Program-made: the position numbers and the translations under genes
Assembly (NCBI GenBank): GCA_963790205.1
Contig: CAWBNQ010000005.1
Location: 32,001-96,000, forward strand
From: Nitrospirota bacterium
GTDB lineage: Bacteria > Nitrospirota > UBA9217
DNA length: 64,000 nucleotides
Reading direction: 5' to 3'
The notes under the pieces: generated by a model
The model's input: the letters and a program-made list of their open reading frames with translations, nothing else
Told to the model about the DNA's origin: nothing
Database searches by the model: none
Shown: piece after piece, positions 9,776 through 19,636 of the stretch
How positions within the stretch are numbered: the first letter of the stretch is position 1
Layout of the letters: every line of letters begins with the position of its first letter

Positions 9776-10291
9776 TTACGGCATTAAGCTCTTCACGTCG
9801 ACCGGTTTTTCTTCGTTCTCCGCTTCGCCCTTGCCCTTTCCCTTGATCGAAAGTCCGGCGACCCGGTAAAAATCATAATCAGGGTACTTGCCCGGTCCGC
9901 TGATGAGCAGGTCTTCCTTTTCATACACGAGGTTTGTCCTCTTGTATTCGCTCATCTCGAAATCGGTCGTAAGCTGGATGGCGTAGGTCGGGCACGCCTC
10001 TTCGCAGTACCCGCAGAAGATGCAGCGCGAGAAGTTGATGCGGAAGAACTCCGGATACCGCCGACCGTGCTCATCCTCGGCCGCCTGGAGCGAGATGCAG
10101 GCAACGGGGCATGCGACGGCGCAAAGGTAACAGGCCACGCAGCGCTCTTTCCCGTCGGGATCGCGTGAGAGGATGATCCGTCCGCGCCACCGGGGAGGAA
10201 TGTAGGGCCTCTCCTCCGGGTACTGGATCGTCGCCCGTTTCCGGAACATGGTCACGAAGACCGTCCAGATTGTTTTGAGTATGCTGAACAT
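9776..10291 (-). CDS. nuoI: NADH-quinone oxidoreductase subunit I
   Basis: Two 4Fe-4S motifs, [12 protein letters not shown] and [12 protein letters not shown]; start taken at ATG 10291 (MFSILK). Confidence 0.95.
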   Translation of the reverse strand: MFSILKTIWTVFVTMFRKRATIQYPEERPYIPPRWRGRIILSRDPDGKERCVACYLCAVACPVACISLQAAEDEHGRRYPEFFRINFSRCIFCGYCEEACPTYAIQLTTDFEMSEYKRTNLVYEKEDLLISGPGKYPDYDFYRVAGLSIKGKGKGEAENEEKPVDVKSLMP

Positions 10292-10304
10292 ATAAACTTT
10301 TTTT

Positions 10305-10396
10305 GACACTAAAGAAGCGGACAAAAGCCGGGATTTTCACGGATAATAAAATCTTAATCCGCTCTTATCATGGTCTTCCCAGTGTAAATCCGTGTC
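10305..10396. mobile_element. Gene-less copy of the ~10-nt-period GACAC...GTGTC element
   Basis: Reverse complement of right arm, CCTTAGACACGGATTTACACTGGGAAGACCATGATAAGAGCGGAT, matches the left arm at 13963 (CCTTTGACACGGATTTGCACGGATTAAAATCCTGATAGAAGCGGAT). Confidence 0.75.
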
Positions 10397-11352
10397 TAAG
10401 GTTTTCTTAATAAAATAACCGCTCCTGTAACGAGCAAATTCACCAGCGACAGCGGCAAACAGATCTTCCACCCGAACGACATAAGCTGATCATACCGGGG
10501 CCGGGGAAGCGAGGCCCGGAGCAGAATGAAAAGGCTGATGAATAGAAAGGTCTTGATCAAAAACCAGACCAGCGGCGGCAGCACCGGACCCAGCCAGCCG
10601 CCGAAGAACAGAGTTGCGGTGAGCGCCGAGATGAGCGTGATGCCGAGATATTCACCCACGAAGAACATGCCGAACTTCATGCCCGAATATTCAGAATGGT
10701 ATCCCGCAACCAGTTCGCTCTCGGCTTCGGGAAGGTCAAAGGGCAGGCGGTGTGTCTCGGCGATGCCCGCGATGAAGAACACGACAAAGCCTATGAACTG
10801 CGGTACGACGAACCAGAGACCGCGCTGCGCTTCGACGATCTCGCGCAAATTGAAGGATCCGGCAAGCATCACCACCCCCATGAGAGACAGGCCCATGAAG
10901 ACCTCGTAGGAGAGCATCTGGGCCGACGCGCGCAGGCCGCCGAGGAGCGAGTACTTGCTGTCCGAGGCCCAGCCTGCCAGCGCCACGCTGTACACGCCGA
11001 GGGACGACATGGCGAGAAAGAACAAAAGACCGATGTTCAGGTCCACGACCTCAATCCCCGGCGCATAGGGGATGACGGTGAAAGACATGAGTACGACCGC
11101 GACGATCACCGCGGGCGCAATGATGAAGACGGCTTTGTCCGCAAAAGGCGGTATCCAGTCTTCCTTGGTGAAGACCTTGAGCATGTCCGCTAAGACCTGG
11201 AGGAGGCCGAAGGGGCCTACGCGGTTCGGACCGTAGCGGTCCTGCCAGAGCGCCAGGAGCCTCCGCTCGTACCAGATCAGCCCGCCTCCTATGGTCAGCA
11301 CCGCGATGAGGATGCCGAAGAGGATGAGAAGATGCCGGATGGCGTCCGTCAT
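10396..11352 (-). CDS. nuoH: NADH-quinone oxidoreductase subunit H
   Basis: [50 protein letters not shown]. Confidence 0.95.
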   Translation of the reverse strand: MTDAIRHLLILFGILIAVLTIGGGLIWYERRLLALWQDRYGPNRVGPFGLLQVLADMLKVFTKEDWIPPFADKAVFIIAPAVIVAVVLMSFTVIPYAPGIEVVDLNIGLLFFLAMSSLGVYSVALAGWASDSKYSLLGGLRASAQMLSYEVFMGLSLMGVVMLAGSFNLREIVEAQRGLWFVVPQFIGFVVFFIAGIAETHRLPFDLPEAESELVAGYHSEYSGMKFGMFFVGEYLGITLISALTATLFFGGWLGPVLPPLVWFLIKTFLFISLFILLRASLPRPRYDQLMSFGWKICLPLSLVNLLVTGAVILLRKP

Positions 11353-13955
11353 GATGAAGTGTCCTTCCGTTGTTTCAACCGGCCGGCTTCGACAACAGCC
11401 GGGGAGTATGAACTTAATTCTTCCGAGCCGAAGATGGAATATCCCGGCAACGAAGCGCCTTCAGGCTTCACGGGGCGAGGCGAGGGAATGTCTGAAAAAT
11501 ACTTCGGCCTGTCATCCCGCTTCGGCTCGATCAACCGCTTGCCCGGATCGCCGCTTTTGAGCGGGCCGCCGACCTCCTGCTGGAATTTGTTCAAGGCCTG
11601 GACGGAATTCCAGCCCGGCGACCAGTAGCGCGGGATCAACGGCGCCGGCGGCTGGCCTCCATATCCCTCCATGGAGAAAGAGAGGGGAGTGTCGGGGTCC
11701 TCCGGCGGCTTCGGCTCATGAACGGTGATGTTTGCAAGCATGGCCGTGCGTCCGCTGTAGCGATGAGGCTGGCGCGGGACTTTCTGCCCTGATATCCGGA
11801 AATCCGCGTTTGGCGCGATGTCCTGGACAGGTTTGAGTACGGGCAAAGCCGCCGCCATGGCTGCTGTGATAGTATCGAGATCTTTCCATTTAACGGCCTC
11901 GGAACGTCCTGACTGAGTAAGTATATCACGGATCCATTTCCAGCTTTCCTGGATATCGTGATCCGGCGTGAAGACCTGATAAAAGCGCTGGGCGCGGCCT
12001 TCGTTGTTCACGAGCGTACCGTTCGATTCCGCGAACGTGCCGGCAGGAAGGGTGATCTCTCCCTTTGATGAAGTGGGATTAATGAGATGGTCAAGGACAA
12101 TGACGTATTTGGTCCTGCCCAGGAATTCATTGACGGTTTGTTCGTCGGCCCTGCGATAAAGATCGTTCTCCAGGATAATGACAGTCTCGGCCCTCGTTCC
12201 CTTGGGGGCAAGAGGGGATTTAAATAATTCTTCAAGGTTCTTCCCGTTCATGAGACCCAGGCCCATCGTGTTGCACTCAGGGATTGCATAGCAGAGTTCA
12301 GCGGGCTTTCCGCTTGCGCAAAGCGCCCAGGCAATATTGGCGGCGGACTGTATGACTGCTTCACTCAGGCACCCGGCGCCGGAGACGATGAGGGGCCGTT
12401 TGGCGTTCTTGAGCGCTGCGGCGATTTCCCTGGCAAGAGCGAATGCTTTGTCCGGAATATCTGTAACTGCGGGGGCATCGGGATCGAGTTCATGCGCCAC
12501 GGCGAAACCGAGCCTTGCAATATCATCGGGCGCGGAGCAATATGTCTTTGCCGCGATGTGGTCCAGCTTTGTGCCTGCTGCCGCGGCGATATAGAGGGGG
12601 CCTTTCTCGTCCTGGACCATATGCCGGACCGCATTGTCGTCCCATGCGGGAATGCGTTTTTTTTCAACCGACTCTACGGGCTGGTTCCGCACGGAACGGC
12701 GAAGCGCCAAAGCGAGCATCGGAGCGGTATTGGTCAGGTCCTCGCCGAGCACGAGCACGGCATCCGCCATTTCAACATCGTGCAGGGACGGCGTGCGGGC
12801 CGGACCGTTCTGAAGAATGTCGATAATAAGCGAGACCAGACAACGGTCCTTTGTTGACATGCCTGAATAAAAATTGTCCGGACCAACGAGCGTGCGAAGG
12901 GCGAAATTCGATTCCAGCGATGCACGGGGCGAGCCGATGCCGATGATCTTATCAGTTTTGGAAAGAACATCGGCAATATGTTTGAGAGCGGATTCTTTTG
13001 AGACAGGTGCTAGGCCCTCTTGCCCCCCTCTCCTCATGTCCTCTCCAGCGAGGGGAGAGGATGGTGCCCCTCCCTTCAGGGGAGGGGGTGGGGAGGGTGA
13101 TTTTTCCAGCGGCTTTCTGATCCTTTTACCGCTGTTCACGAACTCATACCCGAACCGGCCGCGGTCGCAGAGGAAATAGCCGTTCACTTCGTGGTTATAG
13201 CGGTTCAGTATTCTGCGAAGCGTGCCGTACCGCTCACCGGCAATGGTGTTACAGCCGATCCCGCAGTGCACGCAGACAGACGGCGCTGTCTGGAGGTCCC
13301 ACTTGCGCGTGTAGTGCTGCTTGAACGTTTTGTCTGTGAACACACCGGTAGGACAGACCTCGACCAGGTTGCCGCTGAATTCGCTTTCAAGCACGCCTTC
13401 TTCGTGACGGCCGAAATAGACGGAGTCATGACAAGCAAAGACGTCGAAGTCCCTGCCGCCTGCGTAGTCGCGGTAAAACCTGACGCAGCGGTAGCACTGG
13501 ATGCAGCGGTTCATCTCATGGTTGATGAAGGGGCCGAGATACTGATTGCGATGCGTGCGCTTCTTAAATCTCGTCCTTCTATAATTGTGGCCGGTCATGA
13601 CGGTCATGTCCTGGAGATGGCATTCGCCGCCTTCATCACAGACCGGGCAATCGTGCGGGTGGTTCAGCATGAGCCACTCGATCACGCCCGTCCGGAAGGC
13701 CTTTGCATCGGGATCATCGATGGACAGGCGCATGCCTTCTGCCACCGGCGTCATGCAGGACATGACGATCCTGCCGCGGGTGTCTTTCTCGTCCTTGAAC
13801 AGCTTTATTGCGCATTGGCGGCATGCGCCAACGGAATGCAGGGCCGGGTGCCAGCAAAAGTAGGGCAGATCGAATCCGAGTGAAAGACAGGCCTGGAGAA
13901 GGTTCTGGCCTTCTTTTACGTGATATGGCTTATTGTCGATGAAGATCGTGATCAT
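11349..13955 (-). CDS. nuoG: NADH-quinone oxidoreductase subunit G (long, E. coli-type)
   Basis: FCWHP...[27 protein letters not shown]...VCP and CVHCGIGC...LCDRG clusters; start ATG 13955 (MITIFID); 4-bp overlap with nuoH. Confidence 0.95.
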   Translation of the reverse strand: MITIFIDNKPYHVKEGQNLLQACLSLGFDLPYFCWHPALHSVGACRQCAIKLFKDEKDTRGRIVMSCMTPVAEGMRLSIDDPDAKAFRTGVIEWLMLNHPHDCPVCDEGGECHLQDMTVMTGHNYRRTRFKKRTHRNQYLGPFINHEMNRCIQCYRCVRFYRDYAGGRDFDVFACHDSVYFGRHEEGVLESEFSGNLVEVCPTGVFTDKTFKQHYTRKWDLQTAPSVCVHCGIGCNTIAGERYGTLRRILNRYNHEVNGYFLCDRGRFGYEFVNSGKRIRKPLEKSPSPPPPLKGGAPSSPLAGEDMRRGGQEGLAPVSKESALKHIADVLSKTDKIIGIGSPRASLESNFALRTLVGPDNFYSGMSTKDRCLVSLIIDILQNGPARTPSLHDVEMADAVLVLGEDLTNTAPMLALALRRSVRNQPVESVEKKRIPAWDDNAVRHMVQDEKGPLYIAAAAGTKLDHIAAKTYCSAPDDIARLGFAVAHELDPDAPAVTDIPDKAFALAREIAAALKNAKRPLIVSGAGCLSEAVIQSAANIAWALCASGKPAELCYAIPECNTMGLGLMNGKNLEELFKSPLAPKGTRAETVIILENDLYRRADEQTVNEFLGRTKYVIVLDHLINPTSSKGEITLPAGTFAESNGTLVNNEGRAQRFYQVFTPDHDIQESWKWIRDILTQSGRSEAVKWKDLDTITAAMAAALPVLKPVQDIAPNADFRISGQKVPRQPHRYSGRTAMLANITVHEPKPPEDPDTPLSFSMEGYGGQPPAPLIPRYWSPGWNSVQALNKFQQEVGGPLKSGDPGKRLIEPKRDDRPKYFSDIPSPRPVKPEGASLPGYSIFGSEELSSYSPAVVEAGRLKQRKDTSS
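13015..13099. repeat. Double-hairpin REP-like element inserted in frame within nuoG
   Basis: CCTCTCC-AGCGAGG-GGAGAGG and CCCCTCCC-TTCAG-GGGAGGGG hairpins; translates as [29 protein letters not shown]. Confidence 0.7.
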
Positions 13956-13960
13956 AAAAC

Positions 13961-14448
13961 AACCTTTGACACGGATTTGCACGGATTAAAATCCTGATAG
14001 AAGCGGATACCGATAAATTGATTATAAAAAATGAGTTTAAAAGACACGACGAACGATTTTCAACTTTTCTCCGAAATTGAGCAGCAGCCCGACCTTTGTG
14101 CCTGTTGCCTTGAGATAATGAACCAACTGTGCTTCGTGGGCTTTTGTAAGAGCGGAAACAGCTTTTAACTCAAGGATGATTTTATTGTCAACGAATATGT
14201 CGGCAAAGTATTCGCCGACAAGCTGGTCTTCGAATCGAACGTTAATAAGGGCCTGTTGGATTGACGGGAGCTTTCTTTGAGACAATTTAATCATCATTGC
14301 ATTTTCGTAAACTTTTTCCGAAAAGCTGAAACCCAGCTTGTTGTAGACATCATATGCACAGGCTATAATTTGGTCGGTTACTTCAGCATACAACAAATGG
14401 TTGTCCGCTTTTATCATCGTTCAATCCGCCTTTTCCGTGTCTAAGGTT
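13961..14448. mobile_element. Inverted-tandem-repeat element (~10-nt period) carrying a GxxExxY gene between nuoF and nuoG
   Basis: Terminal inverted repeats AACCTTTGACACGGA / TCCGTGTCTAAGGTT, each followed inward by repeated ...CGGAT units; AT-rich interior. Confidence 0.8.
14037..14417 (-). CDS. GxxExxY family PD-(D/E)XK nuclease-like protein
   Basis: 126 aa; LGFSFSEKVYENA (motif G replaced by S), ADIFV...ELKAV, HEAQLVHYLKAT, GLLLNFG. Confidence 0.9.
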   Translation of the reverse strand: MIKADNHLLYAEVTDQIIACAYDVYNKLGFSFSEKVYENAMMIKLSQRKLPSIQQALINVRFEDQLVGEYFADIFVDNKIILELKAVSALTKAHEAQLVHYLKATGTKVGLLLNFGEKLKIVRRVF

Positions 14449-15715
14449 TTCCCCACGGGCACTTCTTCTCCCGTATGTGCCTTTCGAAATCGTCTCTGAA
14501 ATACTTTATCGCGCTCTGGAGCGGCTCGACCGCGCCGGGTGCCAGCGCGCAGTAGGTATTGCCGGGACCGAGCAGTTTACACTGCTGTGCCAGGATGTCG
14601 ATGTCCGAAAGTTCTCCCTCACCGTTCTCGATCGCATGGAGCATTTTTTCTATCCATGAGAGGCCTTCACGGCAGGGCGTGCACCACCCGCAGGATTCCC
14701 GCGCGAAGAATTTTATGAGGTTATGCACGAACCCGACCGGACAGGTCTTGTCATCGAGCACGATCATCGTGCCGGTGCCGAGACGGCTTCCCGCCTTCAT
14801 CACGGAATCGAATTCCATCTTTACGTCGAGGTGCTCCTTCACCAGAAAATCGGTCGACGCGCCGCCGGGGATCAGGCCCCGGAAGGAATAGCCGTCCTGC
14901 ATGCCGCCCGCGTGCTCCTCGAGCAGTTCACCGACTGTCACGCCCATGGGCAGTTCCCAGATGCCGGGTTTTTTGACCCTGCCGGAGACGCCGTAGAGCT
15001 TGGTGCCGGCATCCGTGCTTTTGCTCAGGCCCTTGAACCAATCGGCGCCGTTGTAAATTATAGGAGGAATGTTTGCAACAGTCTCGGCGTTGTTCACGAT
15101 GGTGGGTCTTCCGAAAAGTCCGCAGACCTGCGGAAATGGCGGTTTTGCGCGGGGCGTTGCCCGCTTCCCTTCGAGAGCGTTCAAGAGCGCCGTTTCCTCG
15201 CCGCAAATATAGCGGCCCGCGCTGCCGTGGATACGAAGTTCGAGGCTGTATCCCGACCCGAAGATGTTTTTCCCGAGATAGTTGCTCCGGTATGCCTCGT
15301 CAATCGCCTTTTGCAGCGATTTTATGGCCGGCTTGTATGCCCACCGCACAAAGATGAAGGCCTGCTCAGCCTCGATGGCGTAGGAGCAAAGAATAACGCC
15401 TTCGATGATCTGGTGAGGAGCTCCCTCCAGCAAAAGGCGGTCTTTGAACGTGCCGGGTTCCATTTCGTCCGCGTTCACGATGAAGTACTTCGGCCGGGTC
15501 TCCGGCCCCATGGGCACGAAACTCCATTTCATGCCCGTGGGAAATCCCGCGCCACCGCGGCCGCGCAGGTTCGATGCCTTGACCATGTCCTGCACCTGCT
15601 GGGGCGTCATCGCAAGCGCCTTACGCAGGGCATGATAGCCGCCTGTTCTCTCGTAATCCTTGAGAGAAAGGGGCGCCTGGCCAGGGCGAATGTTTTTTGT
15701 GAGAGGTCGTTCCAT
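14441..15715 (-). CDS. nuoF: NADH-quinone oxidoreductase subunit F
   Basis: GRGGAGFPTGMKW, NADEMEPGTFKD, YICGEETALL, ESCGWCTPCREG...C. Confidence 0.96.
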   Translation of the reverse strand: MERPLTKNIRPGQAPLSLKDYERTGGYHALRKALAMTPQQVQDMVKASNLRGRGGAGFPTGMKWSFVPMGPETRPKYFIVNADEMEPGTFKDRLLLEGAPHQIIEGVILCSYAIEAEQAFIFVRWAYKPAIKSLQKAIDEAYRSNYLGKNIFGSGYSLELRIHGSAGRYICGEETALLNALEGKRATPRAKPPFPQVCGLFGRPTIVNNAETVANIPPIIYNGADWFKGLSKSTDAGTKLYGVSGRVKKPGIWELPMGVTVGELLEEHAGGMQDGYSFRGLIPGGASTDFLVKEHLDVKMEFDSVMKAGSRLGTGTMIVLDDKTCPVGFVHNLIKFFARESCGWCTPCREGLSWIEKMLHAIENGEGELSDIDILAQQCKLLGPGNTYCALAPGAVEPLQSAIKYFRDDFERHIREKKCPWGKP

Positions 15716-15721
15716 AGAAAT

Positions 15722-15749
15722 CAGTTCAGAGTTCGGAGTTCAGAGTTCG
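15722..15749. repeat. 7-nt tandem repeat arm (AGTTCRG)x4
   Basis: AGTTCAG AGTTCGG AGTTCAG AGTTCG; complementary arm at 16287-16312 on the far side of nuoE. Confidence 0.7.
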
Positions 15750-15811
15750 TGGTAAAGGCGCATGGCAAAGTAAGTCACCCTGAATTTACTTGCGCCAATG
15801 CTGTCCAAACA

Positions 15812-16276
15812 TTACTTATATTTTAGAAGTATCTCTTCCATCATCTCCGGCGTCACGGGTCCGTACAGGTCCTCATCCACCATCATGGCCGGGGCCCGGT
15901 CGCAGGCGCCGAGGCAGGAGATCGGAAGCAGGGTGAACCGCTTGTCCTCCGTTGTGCCGCCGAAGGTGATGCGCAATCTTGTCTTGAGAATATCCAGCAG
16001 AGGATTGTATCCCATGACCCAGCAGCTTATGCTGTCGCAGACGAGGATCACGTGCCGCCCCACCGCCCTTCTGAATATGAAGCTGTAGAACGTTGCCACG
16101 GCATCAAGCTCATCTGTCGTCATATCGAGCATTGCCGCAACGTCCTTGACCGCTTCGTCGGACACCCAGCCTCGGTGACGCTGTACGATATTCAGCGCGT
16201 CGACGGACGCCGAGACCTTCGTCACGGAGTGAGTCAGCTCGGCGTTGATTTCCTGTATCTCTTCATTGGACAACAT
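15812..16276 (-). CDS. nuoE: NADH-quinone oxidoreductase subunit E
   Basis: VATFYS, CDSISC...CLGACDRAP 2Fe-2S motif. Confidence 0.95.
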   Translation of the reverse strand: MLSNEEIQEINAELTHSVTKVSASVDALNIVQRHRGWVSDEAVKDVAAMLDMTTDELDAVATFYSFIFRRAVGRHVILVCDSISCWVMGYNPLLDILKTRLRITFGGTTEDKRFTLLPISCLGACDRAPAMMVDEDLYGPVTPEMMEEILLKYK

Positions 16277-16286
16277 AAGTGCCCCT

Positions 16287-16312
16287 TACTCTACGCTCCG
16301 AACTCCGGACTG
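16287..16312. repeat. 7-nt tandem repeat arm, inverted relative to 15722-15749
   Basis: TACTCTA CGCTCCG AACTCCG GACTG in the nuoCD-nuoE gap. Confidence 0.55.
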
Positions 16313-16314
16313 TT

Positions 16315-18066
16315 TTACCTGTCCAGATCAGCCAAGATAAAATCAATGCTCCCCAGGATCGCCAACAGGTCCGCGATCATCAACCCGCGGCTCAGCTTCG
16401 GCACCATCTGCAGGTGCGGGAACGAGGGAGTGCGGATGCGCGTACGGTACGATACCGTGCTGCCGTCGCTTACCAGATAATACCCGTTGTTTCCCTTGGT
16501 CGCTTCAATACCCATGAACGCCTCTCCGGCAGGGATCACCGGTCCCCAGCTTACACCCAGAAAGTGATTGATGAGCGTCTCGATGTCGTGCATGGTGCGT
16601 TCCTTGCGGGGCGGCGTCGTAAGGGGATGATCTGACTTATACGGACCGGAGGGCATGTTGTTCACGCACTGCTCGATGATGCGAAGGCTCTGGCGCATCT
16701 CTTCAACACGCACGACGCCCCGGTCGTAGCAGTCGCCGTGAACGGCAGTGGGAATATCGAAATCAAAATTCTCATAACCCGAGTAGGGGCGTTTCTTGCG
16801 AAAGTCCCATTCAAACCCGCAGGCCCTGAGGCCCGGTCCGGTCACTCCCCAGTCGATGGCCTCGTCGAGCGTATAGGCGCCGACGCCCTTGGTCCGGCCC
16901 TTGAAAATGCTGTTCCGCATCACGATCGAGTCGTATTCCTTAAGACGCGGCGGGAGATAGGTAAGAAAATTTCTTACGAGCCCGTCCCATCCCCTGGGAA
17001 GGTCCTGCGCCACGCCGCCGATCCGGAACCATTCGGGGTGCATGCGGCCGCCGCAGACCGCCTCGATGATGTCGAAGATGCGTTCGCGGTCCGTGAACAT
17101 GTAGAAAACCGGGGAGAGGGAACCGACATCCTGCGCAAAGGTCCCGTACCAGACGAGGTGGCTCGCGATGCGGAAGAGCTCGGCCAGCATGACGCGGATG
17201 GTCTTTGCGCGGTCCGGGACCTCGATGCCGGCGAGCTTCTCCACGGCGAGGCAGTAGGCCAGGTTATTCATCACGCCGCCGAGATAGTCGACGCGGTCGG
17301 TATAGGGTATGTAGGTATGCCAGGACTGGCGCTCGGCCATTTTTTCAGCGCCGCGGTGATGGTAGCCGATGTCGAGCACGGCGTCCACGATCTCCTCGCC
17401 GTCGAGCTGAAGGATGAAGCGGATGAGGCCGTGGGTGCCGGGGTGCTGCGGTCCGAGGTTCAGGAACATGAAGTCCGTGTCCCCGGAGCGGCGTTTCATG
17501 CCCCAGTCCTCGGGCCTGAACTGGAGCGCCATTTGTTCGGACAGCTCCTTTTCACCGCCCGGCAGGTGGAAGGGCCCCATCTCGGTGGCGCGCGCGGGAT
17601 GTTCCTTGCGTAAAGGATGTCCTTGCCACGTCGGGGGCATCAATATTCTCTTTAAATGGGGATGGCCGTCGAACCCGATGCCGAACATGTCCCAGACCTC
17701 GCGCTCGTACCAGTTCGCGGATTCCCAGAGGCCGGTGACGGTGGGGAGGGAGGAGGAGTCCTCCGTGAGAGGCACTTTGATCCTGACGTCGTCATTCCGG
17801 TCATAGGACAGGAGATGGTATACCACGGTGAAATCACTTTGAGGCTGGTCAATACGGTGTGACCGCGTACGCTCGTCTATGGCCGTGAGATCGTAAAGCG
17901 TGCGATACGGGCGTTCCACTCCGCTCTTGAGATGGCGGAGAACGTCGCGCGCCTTGTCCCTGCCCACCCAGAGCGTGGGAATGTCGTCGCGGGTTGGCTG
18001 CACGGCGAGTATGCTTTCGCCGAAGATGCTTTTCAGCTCATCGATGATCGAAGGGGATGGGGTCAT
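16315..18066 (-). CDS. nuoC: NADH-quinone oxidoreductase fused subunit C/D
   Basis: [14 protein letters not shown]...GHPLRK (NuoC) fused to [28 protein letters not shown] (NuoD). Confidence 0.95.
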   Translation of the reverse strand: MTPSPSIIDELKSIFGESILAVQPTRDDIPTLWVGRDKARDVLRHLKSGVERPYRTLYDLTAIDERTRSHRIDQPQSDFTVVYHLLSYDRNDDVRIKVPLTEDSSSLPTVTGLWESANWYEREVWDMFGIGFDGHPHLKRILMPPTWQGHPLRKEHPARATEMGPFHLPGGEKELSEQMALQFRPEDWGMKRRSGDTDFMFLNLGPQHPGTHGLIRFILQLDGEEIVDAVLDIGYHHRGAEKMAERQSWHTYIPYTDRVDYLGGVMNNLAYCLAVEKLAGIEVPDRAKTIRVMLAELFRIASHLVWYGTFAQDVGSLSPVFYMFTDRERIFDIIEAVCGGRMHPEWFRIGGVAQDLPRGWDGLVRNFLTYLPPRLKEYDSIVMRNSIFKGRTKGVGAYTLDEAIDWGVTGPGLRACGFEWDFRKKRPYSGYENFDFDIPTAVHGDCYDRGVVRVEEMRQSLRIIEQCVNNMPSGPYKSDHPLTTPPRKERTMHDIETLINHFLGVSWGPVIPAGEAFMGIEATKGNNGYYLVSDGSTVSYRTRIRTPSFPHLQMVPKLSRGLMIADLLAILGSIDFILADLDR

Positions 18067-18083
18067 AGAAACATTTGAACTTT

Positions 18084-18220
18084 GCCACAGAGGACACAGA
18101 GGTCACAGAGAACACTGAAACTCGAAATAGTAAACAATATCGAAGGACCAAATTACGAAATCCGAAGTATTTTTGATTTTGACATTGTTGAGAGTTTAAA
18201 AATTCGTGTTTAAGATTTCC
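18084..18220. repeat. Composite: 9-nt-period GCCAC arm joined to an AT-rich inverted repeat element
   Basis: GCCACAGAG GACACAGAG GTCACAGAG AACACTGAA, then CTCGAAA...ACGAAATCCGAA and a loosely complementary arm ...AAATTCGTGTTTAAGATTT. Confidence 0.6.
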
Positions 18221-18253
18221 GCAATTCTCGTTTGTCTCCGCAGACGAATTGCG

Positions 18254-18877
18254 TTACACTTCCTCCGGCGACCGCAGCACCGTCGCCTTTTGCCGCTCTT
18301 CACGCTTCAGGTCCCGCATGCACGGCATTTCCGGCCGGACAACTCCCTGCGGACCGGCGACCCAGCTCAGGGGACGGCGCTCTTTGCCGACCTTTTCACG
18401 GAGCATGAGGAGCCCTTCCATGAACGCGTCCGGCCGGGGCGGGCAGCCCGGCACGTACACGTCGACGGGCAGGAACTTGTCCACGCCCTGGACCACGCTG
18501 TAGATGTCGTACATGCCGCCCGAGTTGGCGCAGGAGCCCATGGAGATGACCCAGCGCGGCTCCATCATCTGCTCGTACAGCCGCTTGATGACCGGCGCCA
18601 TCTTGATGAACACCGTGCCGGCGATGATCATCATGTCCGCCTCGCGCGGCGTTCCGCGGATCACCTCGGCGCCGAAGCGGGCGATGTCGTACTTGCTCGT
18701 GAGGCTCGTGGCCATCTCCACGTAGCAGCAGGAAAGCCCGAAGTTGAAAGGCCAGATGGAGTTCTTCCGCCCCCAGGCGAGCATGTCCTGCAAGCGGGCC
18801 AGGACCAGGCTCTGTCGCACGGCGTCTTCAACGGTATCGTTGACGGGGTCCCCGGGTTTGGTTAAGGAATAGTTCAT
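18254..18877 (-). CDS. nuoB: NADH-quinone oxidoreductase subunit B
   Basis: [31 protein letters not shown]; start ATG 18877. Confidence 0.95.
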   Translation of the reverse strand: MNYSLTKPGDPVNDTVEDAVRQSLVLARLQDMLAWGRKNSIWPFNFGLSCCYVEMATSLTSKYDIARFGAEVIRGTPREADMMIIAGTVFIKMAPVIKRLYEQMMEPRWVISMGSCANSGGMYDIYSVVQGVDKFLPVDVYVPGCPPRPDAFMEGLLMLREKVGKERRPLSWVAGPQGVVRPEMPCMRDLKREERQKATVLRSPEEV

Positions 18878-18886
18878 AAGGTAAAG

Positions 18887-18978
18887 AGTACGGAGTACAC
18901 AGTACAAGGTACAGAATCAAAATACCGGGAAAACACCGCAGAGGGTTACTTTGGACCTGGTACTGTGTATTTTGCGCT
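18887..18978. repeat. Inverted array of 7-nt tandem repeats (AGTACNN / NNGTACT) overlapping the nuoA 3' end
   Basis: AGTACGG AGTACAC AGTACAA GGTACAG ... GGTTACT TTGGACC TGGTACT GTGTATT. Confidence 0.7.
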
Positions 18979-19362
18979 GTTTTTAATAAACGTTCCCCAC
19001 TCCAGGGCTCCGAGCTTCCAGAGGTAAACAAGCGCGGCAGCGAGGACCCCGATAAAGAGTAGCATCTCCAGGTAGCCCGCCCAGCCGGTCTCGCGGAGGG
19101 ATACGGCCCATACATACATGAACGCCGCCTCGAGGTCAAAGATGACGAAAAACATGGCTATGAGGTAAAATTTTATATCGAAACGCACCCGGGCCGTGCC
19201 GGTGGACACGATCCCGGATTCGTAAGGCTCGTCTGTCTGCTTTTCCCGGTGACGCTCTCCCAGAATGAAGGAGAACGCTATCATGGCCGTGACCAGGACA
19301 ACGACTGCGGCACAATAAACGGCCATGGGCCAGAGAGCGGATGATATCGCTTGCGTTTCCAT
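18946..19362 (-). CDS. nuoA: NADH-quinone oxidoreductase subunit A
   Basis: PYESGI, KFYLIAMFFVIFDLEA, GALEW; start ATG 19362. Confidence 0.95.
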   Translation of the reverse strand: METQAISSALWPMAVYCAAVVVLVTAMIAFSFILGERHREKQTDEPYESGIVSTGTARVRFDIKFYLIAMFFVIFDLEAAFMYVWAVSLRETGWAGYLEMLLFIGVLAAALVYLWKLGALEWGTFIKNSAKYTVPGPK

Positions 19363-19369
19363 AGTTAAA

Positions 19370-19397
19370 AGAATATCACAGGGGCGGAGAAAGTCAA
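19370..19397 (-). promoter_or_regulatory. Sigma70-type promoter for the nuo operon (possibly leaderless)
   Basis: TTGACT-N16-TATTCT with extended -10 TG; only 7 nt to the nuoA ATG. Confidence 0.55.
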
Positions 19398-19424
19398 GGT
19401 TTGGATTTGTTTGCGGAATTCGTA

Positions 19425-19453
19425 TTGACAAACAGCGGGAAGACTGTTAATCT
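19425..19453 (+). promoter_or_regulatory. Sigma70-type promoter for the FKBP gene
   Basis: TTGACA-N17-TAATCT with extended -10 TG; divergent from the nuo promoter. Confidence 0.55.
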
Positions 19454-19636
19454 ACCGTCACCGCAGCATGACCACGCGGCGCACTTTTGCCCGCGACGAG
19501 CAGGCATGAAGCCCGAGGCCGGCGGAAGGCTCCTCAAATCCGGGATGCGGTTGTCGAGTTCGAGTTAAAGAGAGGCAAGGAGTTTTCCTGACCTGGCCCT
19601 GTCAGTTATTTCGTAAAAATCTGAAAGGAGAAAATC

